64,000 nt of DNA, taken from IMG/VR virus record IMGVR_UViG_3300049617_000306. One strand, 5' to 3'. This document shows positions 1-10,072 of this stretch, piece by piece. Under the pieces are notes generated by a model that was not told where the DNA came from, made no database searches, and was given only the letters and a program-made list of their open reading frames with translations. Made by a program: the position numbers and the translations under genes. How positions within the stretch are numbered: position 1 is the first letter of the stretch; every line of letters starts with the position of its first letter. The DNA comes from a virus.

Positions 1-360
1 GGTTTCATGCGCGAAGGCAACCACGCCAGCTTCAGCGAACTTCTTGCGAAGCACACTGGTCGCCTTGCCCGTGAGCGCGCAGAAGGCAACGCTCTCATCT
101 CGGTAGTGGTGGGCCAGTACCGAGATGAGCGTGCTCTTGCCCACGCCAGCGTAGCCTCCGACCGTGAGCACGCCGCTGTCACCGCGGCGCTCGTACCAGC
201 TGACGACGGCCTCGAACACCTCGCGCTGCTCCTTGCTCAGCGTGTTCTCGGCCATCTGTCCGCCCATCTGACGCTCGATGTCCGCGAGCAGCTCTTCTTC
301 CTTCTTCACGAGCTTGGGTACGCGCGTGAACTTGTACGGGCTGCCTTCCTTCTTCTCCAT
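1..360 (-). CDS. RecD2/Dda-like SF1B DNA helicase, N-terminal part (runs off window start)
   Basis: Manual translation from ATG 360: LSKEQREVF (Q motif), LTVGGYAGVGKSTL (Walker A), FCALTGKATSVLR (motif Ia). Not in the ORF track. Confidence 0.85.
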   Translation of the reverse strand, partial: MEKKEGSPYKFTRVPKLVKKEEELLADIERQMGGQMAENTLSKEQREVFEAVVSWYERRGDSGVLTVGGYAGVGKSTLISVLAHHYRDESVAFCALTGKATSVLRKKFAEAGVVAFAHET

Positions 361-510
361 CAGGCAGGCCTCCTGCTCTCCAGGAAGTACAAGGTTTCGG
401 TCCGCAGCTCGAGGTCAATGTCCATCTCGCGATAGCGCAGAGGCATCGCGGCGACCCTGGCCACTAGCTGCACCGGCGGTATGCGGCCGACCGCGTAGAC
501 GTAGAAGCGC

Positions 511-864
511 TCAACTTCCAGTTGCTTTAGACCCAGCGGCGTTGTGCTTCTTCCGCTCCTCATCTTCCTTCTTCCTCTCCTTGAGCTCCTCGACCATGTT
601 TAGGTAGCGGGCGACGGTGAGATCGTCGAACCGCGACATCTCCGACTCAGCCATCTCCACCTTGTCCGTGCTGCGGCCGTACCGCACGTTTACGAGTGAG
701 GCCATGCCGCGCCGGTCGAGAAACGCGATGATGTTCTGCAGATGGGACGTCGTCATCTCCTCGATGAGCGTGCGCCGCTTGTCCTTGGACACCCAGAAGT
801 ACTCTTCCCCGTCGTACTCTTCGCCGGGGTCCTGGTCGTTGAGAATCTCAGCCATCTCTCCCAT
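511..864 (-). CDS. hypothetical phage protein
   Basis: ATG 864 coupled to the upstream stop; WVSKD...IEEMTTSHLQNII motif. Confidence 0.6.
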   Translation of the reverse strand: MGEMAEILNDQDPGEEYDGEEYFWVSKDKRRTLIEEMTTSHLQNIIAFLDRRGMASLVNVRYGRSTDKVEMAESEMSRFDDLTVARYLNMVEELKERKKEDEERKKHNAAGSKATGS

Positions 865-1310
865 CAGCTTTTCCCCAAAACGGGGCCTCCTGGCAGCAGC
901 AGTCCGCGCAGCTGTTCGATGCGTTCGAACAGCTTCTCCATGAGGACCATGGTGGTCATCCCCTCGCCGCTCAGGGGCGACAGGTGGTCGTAGAGCTCCT
1001 CGAGCAGGCGACACCCGAACTCCAAGTCGCTCGCGTACGGCGGGAAGTTACCGGGCGAGTAGAGGTTGAGCGTCTTGCGCAGCTCGTCGTAGCTGTCGGT
1101 GAAGACACCGGTCTCTCCCTCCTTCACCGCCTTCCACGCTGCGTTAGCCACCCGCGATGCGATGCGGTAGCTACGCATCAAGCAGACGATGTTCTCACCG
1201 GCCTTCGCAGTTCCCTCGCGCATGATGTACGCGGCCACCTCGGCATCGGTCATCCGTTCCAGCAGCTGGATCTCGCTATCCGGCATGTATGTCTTCCTCT
1301 TCGCGCTCAT
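864..1310 (-). CDS. hypothetical protein
   Basis: 148-aa ORF with normal composition. Confidence 0.6.
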   Translation of the reverse strand: MSAKRKTYMPDSEIQLLERMTDAEVAAYIMREGTAKAGENIVCLMRSYRIASRVANAAWKAVKEGETGVFTDSYDELRKTLNLYSPGNFPPYASDLEFGCRLLEELYDHLSPLSGEGMTTMVLMEKLFERIEQLRGLLLPGGPVLGKS

Positions 1311-1325
1311 GAGCCTTCAAGTTCA

Positions 1326-1353
1326 GCTAAAAGAAGGGCCGCGAGCGCCCTTC
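1326..1353 (-). terminator. hairpin terminator ending TTTTAGC
   Basis: GAAGGGC/GCCCTTC stem followed by TTTTAGC on the minus strand. Confidence 0.6.
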
Positions 1354-1357
1354 AGAA

Positions 1358-1891
1358 CTACCTCGTAGCAACCTCGAAACAGGACGTGTGCCACACTTCT
1401 CCGCGGCTCCACATCCCGTACCTCCCGTAGACGAGCTTCTCTGCGCAGCCCGGGCAGTACGCAGGCTCGAGCACCGTGCTGAGCCGGGCATCGGAGTCAG
1501 GCGCCACCCGGCGGGTACCAGGCACCGTGGGTTGAGGCGGAGGGGCAGCGGGCTGCTCGACATCGACGTCCCAGGGCTCGGTACCAGCCGGATAGGTTGG
1601 CGGCCGCGGAGGCCGCGGCCTTTTGGCCTCCCGGACCCTTGCCTCTCTGGCACGACGGTGTGCTGCCTTCTCGACCATATCGGCCAGGAAGTCTTCGAAC
1701 GACTTGGCCTTGGTCGGAGCCTCCTCTTCTTGCGACACCGTCTCGGCTTCTGGCGGAGGAGGGTCGATGAGCTCGTGCTTCTCTATGAGGCGGCACGCCT
1801 TCACGGCCATGCTGCGCGCCTCATTCACGTTCGCCGCCGGGTCGTTGACGAAGGCGATGAGCTTGAGCACCGTGGCGCGCGGGTTCTCCAT
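1358..1891 (-). CDS. DUF2786-like N-terminus plus C-terminal Zn-binding motif
   Basis: VLKLIAFVNDPAANVNEARSMAVKACRLIEKH; CPGC...WHTSC. Confidence 0.5.
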   Translation of the reverse strand: MENPRATVLKLIAFVNDPAANVNEARSMAVKACRLIEKHELIDPPPPEAETVSQEEEAPTKAKSFEDFLADMVEKAAHRRAREARVREAKRPRPPRPPTYPAGTEPWDVDVEQPAAPPPQPTVPGTRRVAPDSDARLSTVLEPAYCPGCAEKLVYGRYGMWSRGEVWHTSCFEVATR

Positions 1892-1895
1892 CGAC

Positions 1896-2432
1896 CTACT
1901 GCAGCTGGAGCTGCATCGTCTGCTTGAGGATCTCCGACAGAGCTCGCAGTGTCTCGGGGATGAGGCAGTCGCTGCCGGGCTTGTGTGTCTTTTCGTGCGC
2001 GTCCGCTTCCTTGAGGATCTCTTCGACCGCGGTCGCGAGCTCCGACGCGCTGAATCCCTGTATCAAGCTGCTGGCCTGCTTGCGCGCCTCGACCCGGAAG
2101 CCCTCGATGTCCGTGGCTTTGCCGGCGTATCTGAAGCGCGACACCAGCTCGTCGGTGCGCGGGCTCATCGCACTGGGCGCATGCTGCTGCGGCTGCGCCC
2201 CCAGGTTCTGCAAGATCTCGACGATCGGGTTCTGCTGCGACTCGCTGAGCTGGCCGAGTAGCACCACGCCGTTCTTCTCGTCGCTGAGCTGCACGGCGTA
2301 GCCCGCCGCGTGCATCTCGTTCATTGCATCCTCGATCTTCGCGGCGTAGGCCTTGATGTCCTTGGGCCGGGGGACACCGATGACGCGGTACTTCTTCTTG
2401 TGACCTGCGGGGGCGTTGTTCTTCTTGATCAT
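1896..2432 (-). CDS. hypothetical protein
   Basis: ORF from MIKKNNAP. Confidence 0.6.
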   Translation of the reverse strand: MIKKNNAPAGHKKKYRVIGVPRPKDIKAYAAKIEDAMNEMHAAGYAVQLSDEKNGVVLLGQLSESQQNPIVEILQNLGAQPQQHAPSAMSPRTDELVSRFRYAGKATDIEGFRVEARKQASSLIQGFSASELATAVEEILKEADAHEKTHKPGSDCLIPETLRALSEILKQTMQLQLQ

Positions 2433-2439
2433 GGTGCTC

Positions 2440-2784
2440 TCACTGGGGCGACTGCCCGTCCTGGGGTGGGAACCTAAAGTACTTCTTCGCAGCGGCAACG
2501 GACATGGGCTTGTTCGCCCACCGCCAGACGCGTTCGTAGGCGCTGTTGGCTGGGTCACTGAGCATGTGCGCGTCGAGCGTGATGCTCGCACCGCGCACAT
2601 CCATGGGTCCCATGATGATGCTGTAGATGAAGAGCAGGCCGTCCCTACAGGGAGCTGCGAAGGGCGGCGGTTCGGGGGTGAAGCGCCCGCCGCATCTTTC
2701 GGCGGCCGACTCGAAGAAGGTGCTGTCGATGTCGAGGAACTCGGCGTCGAGCCCCATGACGCGAACGTGGACCACAGTACTCAT
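2440..2784 (-). CDS. hypothetical protein
   Basis: MSTVVHV start preceded by an SD-like sequence and GGGATAAG. Confidence 0.55.
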   Translation of the reverse strand: MSTVVHVRVMGLDAEFLDIDSTFFESAAERCGGRFTPEPPPFAAPCRDGLLFIYSIIMGPMDVRGASITLDAHMLSDPANSAYERVWRWANKPMSVAAAKKYFRFPPQDGQSPQ

Positions 2785-2829
2785 GGGAAGGGTCTCCCTC
2801 GTACTTCTTATCCCACCCACGCGCGGATT

Positions 2830-3543
2830 CTAGTAGCTTGGATCTTCGCTGTCGCTATCGCTGTACTCGACCAGCACCCCGGGTGTCGAGTAGACGTCGT
2901 CGCCAGCGTTGGCCGCGAACACGTCCCGTCGCCGGTACTCAGCAGGGCGACCCACGCTCATCACGTTGCGCGGCGTGAGCTTCTTGATGTGCCTACGCAC
3001 GGTATCCGGGTCGAGGTCGAGACCCTCGCAGATGGCGACGAAGCTGGTGATGTACTTGCCGCCGCGCATACGCTGCTGCCAGTCGCTGGAACCAGGCACC
3101 TCAAGGAACAACCAGCGGTAGGCCTGGTCAGCCAGGACCTTCTGCACCATCCTCCGGCTGCCTTTATATAAAACCCAGTCGTAGGCAGCCCTGCGGATGA
3201 TCTCGAGTAGCAGCGTCTTGCAGCCATTGATGGTCTGGAGGGCGAGCTCCTCGTCCTCGGGGTCGCTCACTTCAAAGCGCAGGTCCTCCTCCGGGTCCCA
3301 GGCCGAAGGGGGCTCCGGCGCAGGCGGAGGGGGCGCGGGGATGCGCAGCACGAGCAGCTTGCCCATCTTCGCGGGGGGCTGGCTTGGCTGCTTCTTGGGC
3401 AGCAGCTTCTCGGCACGAGACAGGGCACCGCGCGCCTCCGCTACGAGCCTGGCAGGGGGTGCGGGGGGCGCCGGCGGGTTCGGTACCACAACGGGCGCAC
3501 GCGCGATTCGGCACAAGGCCAGGTGGATGACGGGTGCCAGCAT
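2830..3543 (-). CDS. hypothetical protein, possible transcription regulator
   Basis: Pro-rich N-terminus; helical C-domain LLEIIRRAAYDW...YRWLF...FVAICEGLDLDPDTVR. Confidence 0.5.
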   Translation of the reverse strand: MLAPVIHLALCRIARAPVVVPNPPAPPAPPARLVAEARGALSRAEKLLPKKQPSQPPAKMGKLLVLRIPAPPPPAPEPPSAWDPEEDLRFEVSDPEDEELALQTINGCKTLLLEIIRRAAYDWVLYKGSRRMVQKVLADQAYRWLFLEVPGSSDWQQRMRGGKYITSFVAICEGLDLDPDTVRRHIKKLTPRNVMSVGRPAEYRRRDVFAANAGDDVYSTPGVLVEYSDSDSEDPSY

Positions 3544-4427
3544 CACGGGTTGACCGTGACCGAGAGCACCCCGTTCGTAATCCCGGGGTCGGGTATGTGG
3601 ATGATGCTCTGGTCGCAGCGCGTGATGGTGAGCGTCGCGGTGCCTGGCCCCATCGCCACCAGAACTAGGCCCGCGTTGTTGATGTTCCAGCTGAGGACGT
3701 TGGGGTCGCTCGAGAGGAAGCGAATCTGCCCACCGCCCAGGCCCAGGTCTTCCCCGTCGCTTGCGTAGACGGTGAGGCCCACGTTCAGCTGGGTGCCCGC
3801 CGTCATGGTGTAGGGGCCCGGCGGGTCGAGCTCGACCAGGCTCACGATGGGGAAGATGAGGTCCGCCAGGTTGACGTTGGGCGCGTCGGGCACCTTGATG
3901 TGCCGCACCACATCTTCTTCTCCCTGTATGGTCACGTCGAAGTGGCCGTTGCGGATCAGATTGAGCTGCATGTAGCCGGTGGCATCCGACCAGGCGACGA
4001 CCCTCTCGGAGAGCACGGCGTTGCCGTCGAGCCACACCGGGTCGAACTTCGCGATGAAGTGAGCCTCGACGTATGCCTGTGGGGCGCCCGTCACATCCCG
4101 GAAATAGCCGTAGGCTGTGCATAGCCTCGAGTCGAGGGGCACCGGTGGCATGAGTAGCTGGGCTGCGACCTGGAAGGTGTTGTTGGCAGGCGCCGGTTCC
4201 ACGACGATGAGCTGCGGGTTCGTGAATCCGACCTGGAACTGGTACATCCGCAGCTGGTAGGTCGTGCTGTCTGGCAGGTCGAAGCTGGCCAGGCCGTTGT
4301 TGTTGGTAGTCGCCTGCGCGATGAAGGTAGTGCCGTCCGAGGACAGCACACGCACATTCACCCCGGACACCGGGTTCTGCTGCGGTGTGGTGTCGAGGAC
4401 GTAGACGTCGACGGTTGCGATGGTCAC
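3543..4427 (-). CDS. virion structural protein with Ig-like beta-sandwich domains
   Basis: PVSGVNVRV...ATTNNNGLASF and FLSSDPNV...GPGTATLTIT (Big_2-like). Confidence 0.6.
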   Translation of the reverse strand: MTIATVDVYVLDTTPQQNPVSGVNVRVLSSDGTTFIAQATTNNNGLASFDLPDSTTYQLRMYQFQVGFTNPQLIVVEPAPANNTFQVAAQLLMPPVPLDSRLCTAYGYFRDVTGAPQAYVEAHFIAKFDPVWLDGNAVLSERVVAWSDATGYMQLNLIRNGHFDVTIQGEEDVVRHIKVPDAPNVNLADLIFPIVSLVELDPPGPYTMTAGTQLNVGLTVYASDGEDLGLGGGQIRFLSSDPNVLSWNINNAGLVLVAMGPGTATLTITRCDQSIIHIPDPGITNGVLSVTVNP

Positions 4428-5443
4428 AGCGTTCTCCTCACCGCGTACGGGATGTTCGGGACAACGACCGTGAACAAATCGTTCTGGCCGTTGTCTGCCG
4501 ACAGCAGGTTGATGGAGGGGACGGTGGTGTCCGTCGGCACCTGCACGTCACGCGCGAGCGGGGTGCCGCCGATCGACACCGTGACCAGGGCCCCGCGGGC
4601 CAGCAGCAGCTCGGCGTGTCCGTGCTGGTCAGTCAGCAGCCGCTGGGCGCTGCCCACGACCGCGGCGCCCTCGATGAGGGTGCCATTGAACTGGTTGTAG
4701 ACCAGGACTTCCTGGTTCACGGCGGGGGCGCCCGTCACATCGACCAGACGCACGTAGCCGCGGCAGAGCGCTGTGGGGCTGAGGCCGGCGACCACTGCGC
4801 CTTGGAAGGGGTCGGAGTACTGGCTCACCGTGCGGGTGAAGCTGTTGAAGAAGCGCGCGCGGTAGTAGTACTCCGGCGAGCCATTGGCATCGACGAAGCC
4901 ATACTGTTCCTGCCCGAGGATCAGCACGATGCGCGCGTCCAGTCCGAAGGCTACGGAATTGGGTTCCTGGGTCGCCAGACCGAGAAGCGGCGCCGCGTCC
5001 CCGCCCGTGCAGCGGAGAACGACCTTGGCACCGACTTCCACGGTCTGGACGACGAGGATGTCACTGTTGACGTACGCGGTGAGCAGGCCGTTGCTCTGCT
5101 CCTGGATCTGCGTGGCCGCTTCACCGAAGGTGAACGGGTTGTTGCCCGTGAAGGTCGTAGTGACCGGCGTCTGCTCGTTGATGAGCAACGTGAGGTCCGT
5201 GCCCTGAAGCGCCACCGGTGGACCATCCTGCGAGGAAGCGGGTGGCGCGGGTGCGCCCGGCGGCAGGACTGCAGGGGACCAGGAGTCCCCGTGCAGCGGT
5301 TCGTACGGCCCCTCGGGCGTGCCACGGGAGCGCCAGACCTCGATGCGGTCGAAGAGCCCCTGCCAGGAGCGCCCGCTCACGAAGAAGTCGAGCTGGAAGC
5401 GCTCGCGAGTGGCCACCGTGGGGGCCGTACGAAGGATGATCAT
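4424..5443 (-). CDS. virion structural protein
   Basis: beta-rich; DLTLLIN...LLGL segment resembles the tail-sheath insert repeats. Confidence 0.55.
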   Translation of the reverse strand: MIILRTAPTVATRERFQLDFFVSGRSWQGLFDRIEVWRSRGTPEGPYEPLHGDSWSPAVLPPGAPAPPASSQDGPPVALQGTDLTLLINEQTPVTTTFTGNNPFTFGEAATQIQEQSNGLLTAYVNSDILVVQTVEVGAKVVLRCTGGDAAPLLGLATQEPNSVAFGLDARIVLILGQEQYGFVDANGSPEYYYRARFFNSFTRTVSQYSDPFQGAVVAGLSPTALCRGYVRLVDVTGAPAVNQEVLVYNQFNGTLIEGAAVVGSAQRLLTDQHGHAELLLARGALVTVSIGGTPLARDVQVPTDTTVPSINLLSADNGQNDLFTVVVPNIPYAVRRTL

Positions 5444-5445
5444 CG

Positions 5446-5790
5446 TCAGTTCTCGGGTTCTGCGAAGACCTGCGCAGGAGCTGGCGGGGCTACCGCAGTG
5501 GCGGGCACCTGCTGGGCGGGGCGGTTGATGGTGCCGTCCGCCTTGACGCTCGTGCGGTTGATGTCGACCCCGTACTTCGCGGACAGGGCCTGGCGCTCCT
5601 TCTCCATGTCCGCCTGCAGCGCCTTCATCTGCTCGACGATCACAGCCTTCTGGATGTCGAGCCCCTTCACCTGCAGCTCGAGGTTGACGAGCTTGAGGTA
5701 GATGACCTCGATGCGGAGGCGCTCTGCCTCCTCGAGCTGTGCGCCGAGCGCGGTGGCCTTCTCTTGTTCTGTCATGAGCACTCCGTTCAT
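5446..5790 (-). CDS. coiled-coil hypothetical protein
   Basis: heptad-rich 114 aa. Confidence 0.6.
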   Translation of the reverse strand: MNGVLMTEQEKATALGAQLEEAERLRIEVIYLKLVNLELQVKGLDIQKAVIVEQMKALQADMEKERQALSAKYGVDINRTSVKADGTINRPAQQVPATAVAPPAPAQVFAEPEN

Positions 5791-6002
5791 CCTGTCAGGA
5801 AGTCGTTGATAGAGGAAACCACGAGGTCGGAAGCGGCGTCGACGCCCGTCTGAGCGAGGCGGTTCGAGCCGCTCCGGCCTTGCAGGATTGCCTGCAGTGT
5901 GGCGACCTGGTTGTTGAGCGTGTTCGTGCGACTGGTGGCCCAGGCCTTGGTGGCCGCGACCAGTGCGTTCAGTCGGGCGTTGCGAGCCGTAGTGTCCGCC
6001 AT
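5787..6002 (-). CDS. small hypothetical protein (leaderless start)
   Basis: TACAAT 7 nt before ATG; MADTTARN... Confidence 0.55.
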   Translation of the reverse strand: MADTTARNARLNALVAATKAWATSRTNTLNNQVATLQAILQGRSGSNRLAQTGVDAASDLVVSSINDFLTG

Positions 6003-6024
6003 GTGGCGGATTGTACCTGCACTT

Positions 6025-7167
6025 CTAGGTGGCGACCAGAGCCGCCGCAAGTAGCTTGCCGGCCTCACGCTGCAGCTCGAGCCGACGGTCCGTATCGTCG
6101 GCCTTGGAGGCGAGCGCCGACAGCGCGCTCGAAGCCCAGTACCGATTGGGGGTGGGAGCGCCGTCCGGGGCGTAGGAGATGGGGGGCAGGTCGATGATGC
6201 TTTCCCCCTTCTTGTCGAGCACCTGCTGCAGCCAGTCCAGGTCCCCCTTACCGACCACATCCCGCAAGCGGGAGCGCAGCTGGGCCCAGGGGATGGCCTC
6301 CTCGTGCGCAGCGCGAATGGCCGTGAGAAGCCGGCCCACGGTCTTCTCGGCGAGGTACTCCTTCACGTGGTCGCGCACAGCCCCCTGCTGGGCCTCGACC
6401 TCCTTGCGCGCCGTGGCATCGGACATCTCGATGTCGGACTCTTCGATGACGGAGCCGATGTGGGCACGGCTCAAGCCCTCATCGAGGACCGCGGCCGTGC
6501 CGGTAGTCACGCGCCACACCGTCTGCAGTACCTTCAGCTTGCCCGAGCCGAAGTCGCTGTTGCTCCACTCCACCCCAGTGCAGATGTACTCCCCGGGGAA
6601 GGCTTCGAAGACCGTCGGCAGCAGGCACTTCAGGGCGTTGCGCACCGGGGAGCTCGAGGCCTCGACGGGCCTAGCCCCCTCGATGACGCACTGGTCGATG
6701 AACGCCCTGAGCAGAGGAGCGCTCGCCAGATGGCGGTTGAAACGGCGGGAGAGAAACCCCCGCAGCTCGTTGCCCACGATGCGGTGGAGGAAGCGGGTGG
6801 GTTCACCGCCGCGCTCCACCCAGTCCGGGGACGAGAAGAGGGACTCGAGGTTGTAGGCCAGGAGGTCCTTCTTCCAGCTGTCCTTTCCGGCAAGCAGCAG
6901 GTCCACGTAGGACATGGGCAGCTTCACCTTGGAGCAGAGCTGGTTGAGCGCGTGCCGGTGGATAGAACAAACCAGCTCACCGGCGTAGCGAATCTTCACC
7001 CCCGTGCTGTCGACGGGGAAGTCCATCGACTTGGGGGGCACCAGCTTGTCGACGATTACGGTCTTGGCCACGGTGTCGAGCAGCATCTGCTCCTGCTGCG
7101 CGCCGAGCGAGAACCGCCGCTCCATGCGATCGACAGCCTCGTTGTAGCGTTCCTTCGCGTCCTTCAT
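6025..7167 (-). CDS. DUF932-like phage protein
   Basis: HALNQLC, LRGFLSRRFN, GVEWSNSDFGSGKL motifs; GGAGG SD. Confidence 0.6.
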   Translation of the reverse strand: MKDAKERYNEAVDRMERRFSLGAQQEQMLLDTVAKTVIVDKLVPPKSMDFPVDSTGVKIRYAGELVCSIHRHALNQLCSKVKLPMSYVDLLLAGKDSWKKDLLAYNLESLFSSPDWVERGGEPTRFLHRIVGNELRGFLSRRFNRHLASAPLLRAFIDQCVIEGARPVEASSSPVRNALKCLLPTVFEAFPGEYICTGVEWSNSDFGSGKLKVLQTVWRVTTGTAAVLDEGLSRAHIGSVIEESDIEMSDATARKEVEAQQGAVRDHVKEYLAEKTVGRLLTAIRAAHEEAIPWAQLRSRLRDVVGKGDLDWLQQVLDKKGESIIDLPPISYAPDGAPTPNRYWASSALSALASKADDTDRRLELQREAGKLLAAALVAT

Positions 7168-7183
7168 CCGTTGTTCCTCCCTA

Positions 7184-7603
7184 CTAGGGGTGCAGCTGTT
7201 TCGACTGGAACCGACCGGCGCCGTTGGGCCTACTGTTGAGCGCAGTAGCCTTGCATGCGGCATCGACCTGACTCATGGGCTTGAACGGATGCCAGCGACC
7301 CTTCCAGGTGTCGAAGACACCGTACTGCTTTTCCTGTTCCGGCATCGGTAGCGTGCGCCTGTAGCGCTTCGCGATATCGCCGCCGTCGCAGATGGACAGG
7401 ACAAGCAACTGCTTGAAGGCACAGGCGTCTTCCTCGTGGGCGAAGAACGCGATGTAGCCGTCGTTGCCGTCGGAGACGGCCCACCAGCCCTCGGGCCAGA
7501 CCGCCTGTGTGTCAGGCTCCGCCCCGTCGCGGTCCATCGGGCTGTCGATGGCGATCTCGTCAACGACCTCGGAGTAGTCCTTAGTCCTTGTCTTCTTCGG
7601 CAT
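7184..7603 (-). CDS. hypothetical protein
   Basis: WWAVSDG...IAFFAHEEDA. Confidence 0.55.
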   Translation of the reverse strand: MPKKTRTKDYSEVVDEIAIDSPMDRDGAEPDTQAVWPEGWWAVSDGNDGYIAFFAHEEDACAFKQLLVLSICDGGDIAKRYRRTLPMPEQEKQYGVFDTWKGRWHPFKPMSQVDAACKATALNSRPNGAGRFQSKQLHP

Positions 7604-8390
7604 TGAGGCCCATGTGCTTCTTGAGGGTGTCGCCCACGATGGTCTTCCACCGGGCGGAGTTCTGCTCGGTCGTACCCAGCTTCTTCGCAAGCTCACCGTT
7701 GTGGGTGATCTTCGGGTAACCGTTGGTGCCGAACACGTAGTTGAAGGTCGCGTGCAGGTGCGGCTTGTTCGGGAAGATCTCGGGCAGGATGTTCTGTGCC
7801 ACCGCGATCTGCTGCTCCTCGAACTGCCGCCCAGTATGCTCGCCGCCGGAATAGTCGTAGTTCTCTCCGCCGGAGCGGCTCATGGGAACGTCGCGCTTGA
7901 CCGCCTTGAGGACAGTGCTGATGCGCTTGGGGGTCTCGCCGAGGTGCTCGGACAGCTCGTTGACGGTGGGCTCTCTGCCGAGTTGTTCTCCGAGCTCCGA
8001 CTGCGCGCGCTGCAGGGCGCCGATGAGCCCACTCTGTCCCTCGGGGATGTAGGCCACGTTCTGGTAGCGGTTGTTGTACCGCATGGCCTTCCGCAGGCGG
8101 TTCTCCACGTGGGTGTTGATGGCAGCCCCGCGATTCGGGTCATACACCTCGAGGGCATTGATGAGGTGCTTCTGCAGCTCCGCCTTGAACGCGCTCTCGG
8201 GCACGGTCTTGGCGCGGAACTGGCGCGCCTTCTGCGCTAGCACAGGCTCGTAGAGCTTGAGCAGCGGCTTGAGGTGTTCGGGCTTCTTGCCGTTGTCCAT
8301 CCAGCGCTGCCAGAGATCGAGCTCGTTCTTCTTGCGCTTGGCCTTCTCGGCTTCCTTGGACTGCTTGTAGTCCTCGAGCGGGTCGGACAT
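7581..8390 (-). CDS. phage RNA polymerase sigma factor (sigma70 family, group-3-like)
   Basis: region 2 LINALEVYDPNRGAAINTH, region 3 LGREPTVNELSEHLG, C-terminal HTH ELAKKLG. Confidence 0.85.
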   Translation of the reverse strand: MSDPLEDYKQSKEAEKAKRKKNELDLWQRWMDNGKKPEHLKPLLKLYEPVLAQKARQFRAKTVPESAFKAELQKHLINALEVYDPNRGAAINTHVENRLRKAMRYNNRYQNVAYIPEGQSGLIGALQRAQSELGEQLGREPTVNELSEHLGETPKRISTVLKAVKRDVPMSRSGGENYDYSGGEHTGRQFEEQQIAVAQNILPEIFPNKPHLHATFNYVFGTNGYPKITHNGELAKKLGTTEQNSARWKTIVGDTLKKHMGLNAEEDKD

Positions 8391-8399
8391 AGATCACTC

Positions 8400-8588
8400 T
8401 CACGTATGGGGGTAGTAGCTGATGGTCTCGAACGCAGCCCACGCAACGACACGGCTGTAAGCCATGCGTCTCTCGGTGTCCTCGATGAGCTCACGTGCGT
8501 CGGCCCCCCGTGCGTAGCGACAGAAGGCCTCGATGCGCGGGTCTGCAGGCGCAGCGACGAGAAGCCGACTACCGGTGCCCGACCACAC
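8400..8588 (-). CDS. small hypothetical protein
   Basis: 62-aa ORF filling the gap between neighbours. Confidence 0.4.
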   Translation of the reverse strand: MWSGTGSRLLVAAPADPRIEAFCRYARGADARELIEDTERRMAYSRVVAWAAFETISYYPHT

Positions 8589-8985
8589 GCATCACCTGGT
8601 CAGTGAGCGTAGGCTCGTCGACGCTCGCCGTCTTGTTCCGCTGCAGCAGGGGGGAGTGAGGGTTGCCCTCGCCAGCGTGCTCGAAAACCCGGCGCAGCAG
8701 GGCCTGCTCCGCCGGCGCCGTGGTCTTGCCTGCGTCGAGGATGCGGTCGAGCAGGTCGCCGCGGCCGTCCTGGGCCTCGCGGTGCACCGCCTCGCTGTAG
8801 ACGTCAGGGTACCCGTCTTTGCCCTCGCGCGGCGTGTCCCCCCACTTCGCGTTGAGGGTGCCCGGGGCACGTCCCTCGGGGGGCATGCGCACGTGGGTGA
8901 TGCCCTTCTGGGTCTCGTTTTCGTTGGTCTTGGGGGCGTCCGCAGCCTTGCCCAACATCGCCTGCTTCAGTGTGTCGACGCTCAT
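8569..8985 (-). CDS. hypothetical (putative head) protein with KxA motifs
   Basis: TACAAT-N6-ATG; LGKAA, NKTAS. Confidence 0.6.
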   Translation of the reverse strand: MSVDTLKQAMLGKAADAPKTNENETQKGITHVRMPPEGRAPGTLNAKWGDTPREGKDGYPDVYSEAVHREAQDGRGDLLDRILDAGKTTAPAEQALLRRVFEHAGEGNPHSPLLQRNKTASVDEPTLTDQVMRVVGHR

Positions 8986-9027
8986 GCCGGCATTGTACTC
9001 CTCAACGCGCCCTCACGGTAAATGCGC

Positions 9028-9396
9028 TCATCCTCCGCGCAGCGCACGGCCGAATGCGCCGAGCGGTGCCCTGAACTGTTCGAGCTCGGACTCGACCTGC
9101 TTGCGCCTGTCCTGCTCCTGCGCCACCTGCCGCTCGAGGATGATGTTCCTCTCCTTGGCTGCCTTGAGCTCCGCACGCATGACGTCGATGACCTCGACGT
9201 GGAAGTCGGGCACCGTGTGGATGCGGAATCCCTCCTTGAACTTCTTCTCGACCTCCTGCCAGAGCTCATCGTCGTTGACTGCGCAGTCGAGACTGAGCTT
9301 CACGCGGTACTTTTCGTCGCCCTGCGACGCACCCAACGAAGAGTTCACCAGCCAGAACGTCACACCCGGTACTTGTTCTTCGTGCTCATCAGACAC
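9028..9396 (-). CDS. coiled-coil hypothetical protein
   Basis: GGAGGTGA SD before GTG. Confidence 0.6.
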   Translation of the reverse strand: MSDEHEEQVPGVTFWLVNSSLGASQGDEKYRVKLSLDCAVNDDELWQEVEKKFKEGFRIHTVPDFHVEVIDVMRAELKAAKERNIILERQVAQEQDRRKQVESELEQFRAPLGAFGRALRGG

Positions 9397-9985
9397 CGGT
9401 CACCTCCACGAGTTGTTCTGCCGCCTGAACCATCTCGTCACCCGTCTTCTTCTGATCTACGAGCACCTCTACGAACAGGTGGCCTACTTCTGCCGCTGCG
9501 TCCGGGGTGTTCTTTTCGCAGAAGACCCTGGCCTCAGCGAGCAGATTGCGAAGGCTCTTGAGCGCGCTACGCCGCCTGTGTAGTGACTCCTGCCAGAACT
9601 TACCAAGCCCAAGAGTGTCAGGATCCTGGACCATCCTATGCTCGGCGATGTCGACGTTGACCGCCTCCTCGATGGCGAAGATGGCGCTGCTCATCGCTTG
9701 TAGCTGGCGCGAGTCGACGTTGCGTCGGTCAAGGATGCGACCGGCGCTGTTGGGCAGCTCGATCGATCCCAGCACATCGTCACACGTGAAGTAGCAGCAC
9801 CACGACACACGCCGCAGCGTTGTCGCCGCCGACTGGTCACCAGCCGCACTCTTCTCTGCAGCTGCATGAACACGCTCGCGCAGATCTTGAGCTAGGTTAC
9901 TTGAGTAGCGAAGACGCAGCTTTGCCTCAAGCGCCGCGACGCAGCCGAATGCGACCGGGTCGTGGCGCTGCGAAGGTGCCTTCAT
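9389..9985 (-). CDS. hypothetical protein
   Basis: AGGAG SD; 198 aa. Confidence 0.6.
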   Translation of the reverse strand: MKAPSQRHDPVAFGCVAALEAKLRLRYSSNLAQDLRERVHAAAEKSAAGDQSAATTLRRVSWCCYFTCDDVLGSIELPNSAGRILDRRNVDSRQLQAMSSAIFAIEEAVNVDIAEHRMVQDPDTLGLGKFWQESLHRRRSALKSLRNLLAEARVFCEKNTPDAAAEVGHLFVEVLVDQKKTGDEMVQAAEQLVEVTGV

Positions 9986-10072
9986 GGGAATCTCCTAGAG
10001 GAAGAACTCCTCCCAAGGTTCTTTTCCCTCTTTCATGCCGTTCTTTGGCGCGCTTGGTGTATAGCTCCGAGG